Positions 51,503 to 61,007 of a stretch of DNA of 64,000 bases are shown in pieces. The notes under the pieces are model-generated. The model made no database searches and was not told the origin of the DNA. It saw only the letters and a list, made by a program, of their open reading frames with translations. Where the stretch lies: assembly GCF_024521635.1 (NCBI RefSeq), contig NW_026250420.1, positions 124,001 to 188,000 of the forward strand, read 5' to 3'. A program made the position numbers and the translations under genes. The first letter of the stretch is position 1; each line of letters starts with the position of its first letter. This DNA comes from Tricharina praecox (Eukaryota).

Positions 51503-51904
51503 ATGCTCCCCCACCTCCCCCTCCTCCTGCTCCCAGTCCTGCTGTTCGCCGCCAAGGCCACGGCCCGCTGCACCACCACAACTACGCCCACTATAACCCC
51601 GACCCCGACCCGCCCCGGCTGCAGCGACACCATCTGTATCATCTCCACGAACACCGGCTGCGGATGGGTCATGGGCGGCTGCTATCTGCATAGCAGCTGC
51701 GGCGGGACGTATTCTACCAAGGAGTGTAGCACGCCGGGGGTGAGCGAGGTGAGCTCTGAGGTGAGTGCGCCGTGCGGGGGGATTGGAAGGGATGGAGGGA
51801 GGGGGGGAGGGGTGAAAGGAGGGTGATAGGGATTGGCTAATGAATGGCGAGGGTAGAGCTCTACCACCACGACGACTACGGTGACGACGACGACTCCGGT
51901 TTAG
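51503..51904 (+). CDS. Small secreted cysteine-rich protein (~100 aa); probable intron at 51761-51856
   Basis: TATA-like elements at 51400-51435; signal peptide MLPHLPLLLLPVLLFAAKATA; CSDTICIISTNTGCGWVMGGCYLHSSCGGTYSTKEC; intron GTGAGT..CTAAT..TAG; Thr-rich tail. Confidence 0.7.
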
Positions 51905-52339
51905 GTGCTGTGGGACTGTGGGGAGGAGAAGGGTGGAATACAGCCATGTACAATGTATCATGAGCCCATGAATCAGGTTTCAAGTTCGCACGTATCTATG
52001 CAAACCTGTCAATTGTCACCTTTCACCTGTGTACCGTATGCGCCAGAGTGTTTGGCGGTCTAGTGCTGAGCGAAGCCTAAGTACGATGTCCCTTCCAGGG
52101 CTTTTCAGTAACGCACCGACTGCCACCGGGAGCTTCCCACCGGTTATATAGCCACCGAGAATTGGTGGGCTGGTGGTGGTAGGAACTGTAGTTGGTAGTT
52201 GGTAGAATACCGATAGTGAATGGTAATTCTGGAGGGAAACCCACAAACCACCAGAGGGTAGAAGGTATTCAACGTTATAGAACCCAGCTGCCACGGGGGT
52301 CCCTCACAGCAAGATGCCATCCGAGGGTGTCTTAAACCG

Positions 52340-53470
52340 GCAATAGGCGTAGTATCCGGGCGATATCCGTGGTGCTTTTGGCATGCAACAGTAAATCCGG
52401 TCTCGGAAGTCCAAGTCAGCATGGTGAAATGCTTTGTTTTGTGTTTTGTTTCTTCGGTGATCGCTCGCAGCCTACCTATGGCGAAACGCACCACCGTACG
52501 GATGGGTATCCTATCCTGTCTGATGAAATATGACCTCCGAGGGTTAGGGAATTTGCTCAATGATTGAGCGAGAGCAGACGATCGAGTTGAGAGTCAATAG
52601 CCACTCGAGGTTCACGTCTGGTGAGGAGTTCTTTCACAACCGCTGCTCCTCCTCCTCATTCTTCTTCTTCTTCTTCTTCTCATCCCCCTTCTTCTTTCTC
52701 TTCTTCTTCATCTTCACACACCACAGTCACCAGCACCGTCACCAGCATCATCACAAATTCCCCACAAACAACTTCTTCCAACAACAACGACTACCACTAT
52801 CACTACCACCACCACCACTACCACCTCGAACCCCGTCCTCGAGGTCGCGGCCCCCTCCAACACTTTCCGCGAGGCGGTCACCAGCTACTTTGAAATTCTC
52901 GCCTTCCTCAGCGAGCTGTGTGCCGACTTCAGGGCGGAGGAAGAAGACGAGGAGGTCGCCGGCAAGGAGGAGCAGGAGGGGGTGGTCGACGGCGACAAGG
53001 AGGAGGAGGGCGATGACAAGGAGGAGGAGGAGGCGGAGAAGGAGGAGGAGGAGGAGGAGGAGGAGGAGGAAGAGTGCAAGGTCGACGACCAGGACGAAGG
53101 CGAGGAGGAGGACGAAAAGGAACAGGAGGAGGAGAGCGAGGAGGAGAGCGAGGAGGAGAGCGAGGAGGGAGGGCCTTTAGGGGCGGCGCATTGCTTTTTT
53201 TCTTTTTCCTATCATTATCAATAAACACACTTGAAGACTTGCTGTTCCATTTGATCATCGGTGATCGTAGATAGTGCTTTCGGATCCAAGTGAACTCTTG
53301 GACATACTTGTTGCCAGGTGTATTAGCTAAGTAGATAAGTAGGTCTTCGATCGAGATATCAACCTTTCGCCCATTTGGACTCACTACGACTATTGCAACC
53401 ACCAACTTCCCAACCTTTCTTGCCAGCTCCGCTCTATTCCAGGCTGTTGGACTCATACTTACTCACTCGC
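52340..53470 (+). repeat. Copy 1 of a duplicated unit carrying a small acidic-protein ORF (52787-53224, with ACG at the position of the ATG in the other copies)
   Basis: Shares GATCGAGTTGAGAGTCAATAGCCACTCGAGGTTCA, the peptide LEVAAPSNT..AVTSYFEILAFLSELCADF, and the 3' ATAAACACACTT with the copies at 56.0 kb and 58.6-61.2 kb. Confidence 0.8.
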
Positions 53471-53699
53471 ATACTAAGTGACTTCCTGTGATATCAAACA
53501 CATGTCGACACCTTAGAATGAAGCGGTCGTTTGCTGAAAAGCTAGCCTTGGAGTTGCGGCCAGTGCGCTAGTAGTAGTGCTTTGAATCTTACCTACTTCA
53601 CTTATAAAATCCCACCTTTCCTCCCAACTCTTCCTCCCTCTCTCCTCCACATATCTAGAACCAACCGTTATCCAGAACAATCATTACCCGACCATTAAC

Positions 53700-55400
53700 C
53701 TCATATTCTCCTTCTTTTCAGCATCCCAACGAGGATTTTGCTACGCTGCCCGAAACCATTCCAAATTCCGAATATGCGCAGCTGCCTACAGATGACAAGA
53801 CGGTTACGCAACCCGCCAACGAGGATATTGCCCGTCCGACATTACCTACTTGTTGATTCATGCTACTGACTTATGATTGGTTTTCACGGTCCGATATCGA
53901 CGCCGAGTTCTACCCTTTCCGGTACGTCCTCTCCCCCTCTCCCCCACTTTGTACTTCCAGGATAACCTTACAGAGCTATCCTGCTCAGCCGTAGTAGCGA
54001 GGAACTGATGGATCCGTGCAACCAGTCTACAAAGTAGACTGTCGCAGAGACAGTAGACGGATCCGACCCTCGAGGCTGAGCGGAAAAGATCGGGGTTTTC
54101 TTTTCTGCTGCCAGCAAAGTTCTTTCCCCCTTCCTCCGGGAGTCCAAGTTGGGGGAGAGCCGACTTGCTCTCGGTGGATGGCCTCTCCGAAACCGGGTGA
54201 CAGGCAGTTTCGTGTTGAGGAAGAAAAAAAAGAAAGTATAACTTCCGAGTTATACGCGTATAGCTTGGTCTACTATCCACCCAGGTTATACGCGGAGGTT
54301 TTCTTCCTTTGCTGTGAGTCTGTGACAGCAAAGGTCTTTCCTCCTGGCCATGCATGCACATGTGTGAGAGGCATTTCGCATGCTTGGCCAAGGCCCATGC
54401 CTCCGAAACCGGGCTACAGACGGTTTCGGACGCGCAGATAAATAACCAAAGAAGTATAGCCTGGTCTGCTACCGCCCCAAGTTATACGCGGAGGTCGTCT
54501 TCCTTTCAGAGCAAAGGTCTTACCTCCTGGCCATGCATGAGTGAGATGCATGCGCCATTGGCCAAATGTTGTTGCTCTGGCCGCTGTGCGAGAGGATGGC
54601 ATTGGCTTCTTAATCGACTGCGGTCTGCACTCTCGAGTCTCGATCCACGGCTGCTTCCCGGCGTCTCCCTGGGTTTTAGTTGTCAAATATACTGAGATCA
54701 ATAGGAGGATGGGTACCTAGGAAGATGTGACTGTCTTATTACTTGCTTCTTCATTTACTACGATCCAGTGCCCTTCTATATATACAGAATATGTCTGCTG
54801 TTTGAAGATGGAGTCATCGACCCGCCGGCGAGACCATATAGCAGAATATATCTCCTCCTCCGGATACAGTTCGCATGACCGAGCCCTTGACTCTTGCAAA
54901 ACAATGCTCCTTAAAACTTCACCATCACAAGCGACTTGCAGCGGACAAGAGGAGAAATCCTTCATGTGCTCCGGACGCCGTGATCTGACATTAGTCGTCA
55001 ACCACAGTTACGAAGTACCTATTACGTTCCCCAATACTCCATTTTCTTTCATATAATCATGTCCTCCTAGTCATGGGTGACGGTCATGGCCGAAATCAAA
55101 TGTTGCTGCTCTAGACGCTGTCGGAGAGGATTATATCGGTTCAATCGACGGCAGTTTGCACTCCCGATCCGCGGCTGCTTCCCGGCGCGTCCCTGGTTCT
55201 TAGTCAGCAACCACCGCCGGGCTACGAAGTATCACGTCACAATACTCCATGTTGTATCAATGCCTCTTTCATCCTGGCCATGAGTGACAGGCATGGCCGC
55301 CCAAGCCAAATGATGCTGCTTTGGCCGTTGCGCGAGAGAACGACATTGACTTGGTGTGCGAACTTTCGGAGATTTGCAGTGGGCGGCTTTAAGAGCCGTG
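53700..55400 (+). pseudogene. Decayed gene-like segment with internal ~100-bp repeats (54255-54355 vs 54453-54540; 54560-54690 vs 55095-55210 vs 55305-55350)
   Basis: The repeats translate to related peptides NVVALAAVREDGIG / NVAALDAVGEDYIG / NDAALAVARENDID. TATAAAA at ~53603 and a CT-rich leader; many stops. Confidence 0.4.
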
Positions 55401-55620
55401 TCAGTGACTCGTTCGGCGCGCGAAGTGATCAACCCGTCTCCAGCGATTAGGTCGTCACTTTTGCTCGCTCGTTTCACCGGATGAGCAAGTTTTGGTAGGT
55501 TCTAGCCGTCTGGCGGCGGCGAAAACCTGCTTGGAACCTGACGGCTCCTAAATCACCTATAAAAAAAAACCCCTTCTGCTCCTCATCCTCTCCTTCTCTT
55601 TACAACCATCACAGCTTCCA

Positions 55621-55984
55621 AGGGGATGATAACATGTAGATTCACATAAGCTCTGTGTAAAGATTTGAGTATTGACTCGATAGAACATTATTGACTGCTG
55701 ATATACTTCACTACATCGTCATAATGTGCTGTGACCTGTCCACGGATCCGCACATAAATCATCTCCGGCAGGCTGGTCTACTCGTAAAATATTCTAGGCC
55801 TAGCGACCAAACTCACCCAGCAGGCCGGTCTATCGGGAGGAAATAATTATCTCCAGAGACCGGTCTGCGCAGCACACATATTTTGTGACTCGGCAGTCCG
55901 GTCGGATCGCATAGGTATCCAGTCGCTTGCCCCACGGGTCGGTCTATTTATAAAAAAACACAGTTTGCCCGGCAGGCTGGAACA
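55621..55984. mobile_element. Right-end fragment of the same TIR element family as 35558-36568
   Basis: Colinear similarity to 36213-36568 (e.g. TTGACTCGATAGAACATTATTGACTGCTGATATACTTCA), ending CCCGGCAGGCTGGAACA followed by AATA. Confidence 0.88.
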
Positions 55985-56283
55985 AATACATTATGCGACC
56001 CCCAAGGGTTAGGGAAGCCGCTCGGTCAATGACCACTCGAGGCTTAGTGATTGAGCGTGATCAGACGATCGAGTTGAGAGTCAATAGCCACTCGAGGTTC
56101 ATGTCTGGTGAGGTGAGTGGAGGGAGGTCCTCGTACAATCCGCCCCTTCTCAATATCCTCCTCCTTCTCTTCCTCTCATCCTTCTTCTTCTTCATCTTCA
56201 CACACCACCACCATCATCGTCATCATCATCATAACTTCCTCACAACTTCCTCACGACCCAAACCACTCCTACGAATAACAACA

Positions 56284-56583
56284 ATGGCCACCTCGACCGA
56301 TACTACGGCCACCACTATCACTATCACCTCTAGCCCCATCCTCGAGATCGCAGCCCCCTCCAACACCGCCCTCCAGGCGGTCACCAGCTACCTTGAAATC
56401 CTCGCCTTCCTGAGCGAGCTGTGCGCTGACTTCGGGGCCGAGGAGGGGGACAACCACAGCGTCGAGCACAGCGACGCCGGCGAAGAGGAGGAGGAGGAGG
56501 AAGAGGCCAACGACGACCAGGCAGGGGGCAAGACCGAGGACAAGAATGATCAGGATTATGAAGGCGCGGAGGAGGGCCAGTAG
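56284..56583 (+). CDS. Small acidic protein, 99 aa (copy 2 of the duplicated unit; the only copy with an intact ATG-to-stop frame)
   Basis: MATSTDTTATTITITSSPILEIAAPSNTALQAVTSYLEILAFLSELCADFGAEEG...EEGQ*, with a CT/CAT-rich leader and the shared 3' element. Confidence 0.55.
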   Translation: MATSTDTTATTITITSSPILEIAAPSNTALQAVTSYLEILAFLSELCADFGAEEGDNHSVEHSDAGEEEEEEEEANDDQAGGKTEDKNDQDYEGAEEGQ

Positions 56584-56873
56584 TGGCTCGGGGGCCTGGG
56601 GACATTACTTTTTTCTTTTCTTATCATTGATAAACACACTTAAAAAACCTGATATCCGCTGTGATAATCGTTGACAGTGCTTCCGTATCTAATTGTAGTC
56701 TTTGACTTCCACGTCTTTGCTGCCAGGTGATTTAGGTACCTACAGATCTAATACCAGGTATCACGACGAGCTCAAAACGATCCGAAGTCATTGAGGATGC
56801 AGTTATTTGCGGTAATATTGTAAAGAAAGAGAAAACAAAAACATACACAGAAACAGAACTAAATCATGGCTCC

Positions 56874-57792
56874 CTAGCCCCTAGCACCTCGATCCATTGG
56901 AACTGGCGACGCAACATGTCCTGCATCCGCTTTTGGCAGTCGGGTTGCAGTAAGGCGCGGGTTCAGCGAAAGATGCTGTTTCCTCCATCCAGAGAACCGT
57001 CTTGCATGCCTAGAACGTCTTCTGCTGAGCCATATATGCCCAACACCCTCCCTCTCCATCTCCCCGTCGGCTTCGGCGGCGGCAGCAACAGCGCTGGCTT
57101 CTTCCTCCTCAGGGTTGTCACCCTCCACGTCCACCTCCATCTCCATCTCCACCCTCTCGCCCCCGCCACCGCCGCCGGCAGCAGCGTCGGTGGCGGTGAT
57201 TGGGGTTTCTACCCCATTCGCATGCTCAGGGTCGTAACCCTCCACCCCCACCTCCTCGCCGCCAGGCCGCCAGCCGCGGCGGCCGCAGGGTCCACAACGA
57301 CTGAGTGGAGCTTCGCCCTCCTCTATCGCCTCCCCCTTCGGCTATTTAGGGTCGTAACCCTCCCCCTCTATCTCCTTGCCGCAGCGCCGGCAGCAGCGCT
57401 GGGTTTGCATGTGGCTTAGGCTTCGGCGTCAGGTTCGTCCTCGATCTCGCTCTCGTAACGGACAGCAAGTCCATCCTCGATTTCGCTCTCGTAACAGACA
57501 GCAAGTCCATCCTCGATTTCGCTCTCGTAACAGACAGCAAGTCCATCCTCGATCTCGCTCTCGTAACGGACAGCAAGTTCATCCTCGATTTCGCTCTCGT
57601 AACGGACATCAAGTCCGCTCGGGAAGCCAGGGTTGTCAAGCCTGGAATCCGGAGTTGTCGAGGAAGTATGTCTGCTGCCTCGAGATGGGCATTGTTGCCG
57701 TTATTGCCCTTGCCACCGTGGCGGCGGGGGGTCGAGGCGACGGTGGTGTTGGGGGGCGAATTGGAGTTGGGATGGTGTGTTGGTGGAGACAA
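56874..57792 (-). pseudogene. Disrupted acidic repeat-protein gene (LAVRYESEIEDG repeats; EGYDP/EGDNP repeats)
   Basis: 36-bp repeat plus three EG(Y/D)(D/N)P blocks; stops and frameshifts between blocks; CT-rich leader on the minus strand at 57950-58040. Confidence 0.45.
57438..57617. repeat. 36-bp tandem repeat x5 (TCCTCGATYTCGCTCTCGTAACRGACAGCAAGTYCA)
   Basis: Directly visible. Confidence 0.95.
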
Positions 57793-59200
57793 TAGTCGGG
57801 ACAGTTTCTGTTGTTCGGTGAATTGTGGTTGCAGGTTTGATTTGGTTTTATTTGCGACTTGTTGAGTGGTGGAACCGAATGGTTTTTATTTGCGACTTGT
57901 TGAGTGGTGGGGTTATCGTGCGGTTGATGGTGTTGGAGGAAGATGGAAGGAGGAGGAAGGAAGATGAAGATGGAGGAAGGTGGGATGAAGAAGGAGGGAG
58001 GAAAAAGGTAGGAGAAGGAAGGTAGGAAAGAGAGGGAAGGGGGACAGCACTAGCGGAGGAAAGAGCCTAGGCGGTGATTGGAATTGAATTGTCGTTGAGG
58101 GTTGACACGATATGCTGTATCACTCGTATCGAGTGATGGCGTGTGAGGTGTTGCCCGAGAATCACGCAGCAGAACATCTGACATATAGAAATAAACTGAA
58201 GATCTCTCGCATTCGATATATATCTGAGCCTGCAGGTATAGAGCGGTACTGTGTCAGTTTACAGCGGAATTCAAGCCCTGTCCTGTCCTGTTTTTTCTGC
58301 AGATCAGGGACGAGTAACCGTTTCCCCTGTATCAATCTTCACTGAGCCCCGCCGGACCCGGATGCTGTGCTGGCTCAAATACAAGCAATTCTGCTGGCCT
58401 TTCCTCCCTTATGTACGTACCTAGCTACACAGGTATTCGATCGAGATGTCGAACTTTTACTCAGATGAACTCACTGTTAGTCACTCGCATATGCGCATAC
58501 GCATGCGCGTTCCGCTTCGTGCGTGCGCACAGTACTACTTGTTCATCGTTGCGAGCATTGCGTCTCCGGCTATGGAGGCGATAATCGTGATGCCTTTTTG
58601 ACATGCGATTTTAAAGGCGGTCTCGGAAGTTTTTGTGTTGAGAGAGAGAGAGATCTTCCTGTTTTATTTCGCATGCAGCCTATATAGACTATGGTAAACC
58701 GTGGCACTACTTTCCTGCCCACTCTGGCCGGCCGGGGGTTAAGACCCCGTTACCAGTCAGCACGATGTGGCGCCGCTGCCTACCAAACAAATAACAAATG
58801 AAATCGCACTAAGAAAATATCACCGCCCATCCCCATCTCCTGCTTCCTCGCGCCGGCCGCAGACACAGTATAGTTTTTGTGTTGTTTTGTTTCTTTGTTG
58901 ATCGTGATCAGACGGTCGAGTTGAGAGTTGAGAGTCAATAGCCATCCGAGGTTCACGGCTGGCGAGAGGCTCACGACTAGTGAGGTGAGTGGTATGGGGG
59001 TCATCGCTTTCATTTGTCAACCGGATCTTTCCGCCGCCACTTATACTTCTCCTTCTCCTTCTTCCCCTCCTCTCCTTCTTCCCCTCCTCTCCTTCTTCTT
59101 TATCTTCATCATCTTCACACACCACCACCACCACCTTAATCATCAACATCACAACTTCCTCACAAACCACTCCTACCAACAACAACTCAATTAGTCAACA

Positions 59201-61007
59201 ATGACCACCTCGACCGAAACTACCGCTACCTCCAAATACAGCTTCACACTCCCGCCGATCCAGAGGGGTGGAATGGCTTACCATTAACAACCGCCCAAGG
59301 CGCATACCACCTGTCTCATTGGCCCATCTGTCCAGACAGATTGCTGAGAAGAAGTGGAAGGAAGCGAATGATTGGGCATACTCACGCATAACGAACCTTA
59401 TATACAACGTCAAGTGCCGCAAGTGGTGGAAGAACCGACTTGACCCCGTTGCATCGAAAGCGAAGAAGATTACTGCATCCAGGTATTCCAGCTGAAAACT
59501 GGGCATGCCTTGATTGCACTATATCTGAAACGAATTGGAAGCCAACCGAACGACTGGTGCTGGTGGTGTTCTAAACCTGGATCCTGTCAGACACGCGAGC
59601 ATCTTTTCAAAGCATGCACCGCATGGCGGAAGGAGCAGAAAATACTATGGAAAGCAGTCCGGCTAGAAACAAAGCGTGGACGAAATCGCTTCCGAATTGC
59701 AGATCTGTTCGCAGATGAGAGGTGCACAGCGGCAGTCCTGGAGTTTCTGGAGGTGACCGATGTAGAAAGAAAGGCCAGGGAGAATAATGGGAAAGGTCGA
59801 GAAGATGAGTCTACTTCTGAGGAGGGAGACGGACTGAAAAATTGGGAGGAGGAGGTGGGAGGAGTGGAGGAGGATGGTGGGGAGGAGTGGTAACCACCGA
59901 TCAGGCCAGTAGGGCAATGGGGAGAGCCGCATAGCTAGTCTCGCGGACGGAATAGGGATGGTTGTGTAGTTGGTGTTCGCCGTAGTCTACAAAGGCTCAT
60001 AGATGCAAAATAAAACTGATGACCCCCCCCCCCCCCCCCCCGCCGATCCAGATTCTACCTTACGGTGCCATCGCAACGTAACAACGCCAACAAAAAAAAT
60101 GCACTGCCTACGGGCTCTGTGGGTTCCAAAGTCCAATGATCAACGTCGCACTCGCACACATCTGGCCCCCTTCAATCTGGCACTTGGGTACTACCAACAG
60201 TTCGCACAGAATGCATCTGTACCGACGAAGATGAAGATGAAGATGAAGATGCCCGTTACGAGTCGCCACTAGAACCTATGGCAAGCCGAAATCGAAAGCG
60301 GAGGTACGGAACTCCCCTCGAATCCACCGGCACTACTCTCCCACCGGAAGATGATCGTCGGTCAGATGATGTCCGCTGCGAGACGTGTCTACGGCCGATA
60401 CTTCAACATTAGTGATAGTCACGCCGACATGCTTGTCCACAGGTTCTACCACGACTACCCGTCCTGTCATCCCATCCGCAAGAAGGTGCGTAAACATGTT
60501 CTTGAGTGGAAACGGAACGGCAATGCAAGATTATCCGCGCCATCCGAGATCATGTGTGCGCCGACTTCGGCGCCGCGGAGGAGGAAGAAGACCACAACGC
60601 TGAGTGCGCCGCCGGGGACGAAGAGGAGGTCGGCGGCGAGCACAGCGACGCCGGTGGAGAGGAGCAGGAGGAGGGGGTCGACAACAATGTCGAGGGTGAG
60701 GAGCAGGACGACGACCAGACCGAGGTCGACGACAAGGTCGACGTCGAGGAGGACAGCGACGACCCGACAGAGGTCGGGGATGAGGTCGACAACGACGACC
60801 AGATAGTGGTCGAGGAGGACAACAATGATTTCCACCAGGACAGTGGTTGAGGAGGACAACAGCGATGACGACCAGACAGTGGTCGAGGAGGACGACAATG
60901 ATGTCCACCAGGGAGTGGTCGAGGAGGAGGTCGACGATGACCACGACGAAGGCGGAGTTAAGGAGGACGCGAAGTTCCAGGAGAAGGGCAGCAAGGAGGG
61001 CTTTTAG
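59201..61007 (+). pseudogene. Copy 3 of the acidic-protein gene (longer variant), interrupted by a LINE insertion and frameshifted
   Basis: The shared upstream motif is at ~58910-58955. ATG ACC ACC TCG ACC at 59201; ..VCADFGAAEEEEDHN..EHSDAG.. at ~60555; 33-bp DDDQTVVEEDN repeats at 60790-60945; shared 3' ATCAATAAACACACTT. Confidence 0.65.
59265..60038 (+). mobile_element. Heavily 5'-truncated LINE related to the 10.9-13.0 kb element, with a poly-C tail
   Basis: SLAHLSRQIAEKKWKEA, ASRY/(frameshift)QLKTGHAL, CWWCSKPGSCQTREHLFKAC..GRNRFRIADLFADERC. Exact 14-bp direct repeat CCCGCCGATCCAGA at 59251-59264 and 60039-60052; C19 run at 60023-60041. Confidence 0.9.

Noticed and set aside
54236..54255. 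GTATAACT-TCCG-AGTTATAC palindrome resembling loxP arm ends
   Set aside because: Only an 8-bp stem; it lacks the 13-bp arms and 8-bp spacer, and no recombinase is nearby. Likely chance within a decayed repeat.
55499..55530. GTTCTAGCC as the missing left TIR of the second TIR element copy
   Set aside because: Only 9 bp match and the subterminal motifs are absent.
57438..57617. 36-bp repeats as a possible CRISPR array
   Set aside because: The units are contiguous with no unique spacers, the context is eukaryotic, and there are no cas genes.
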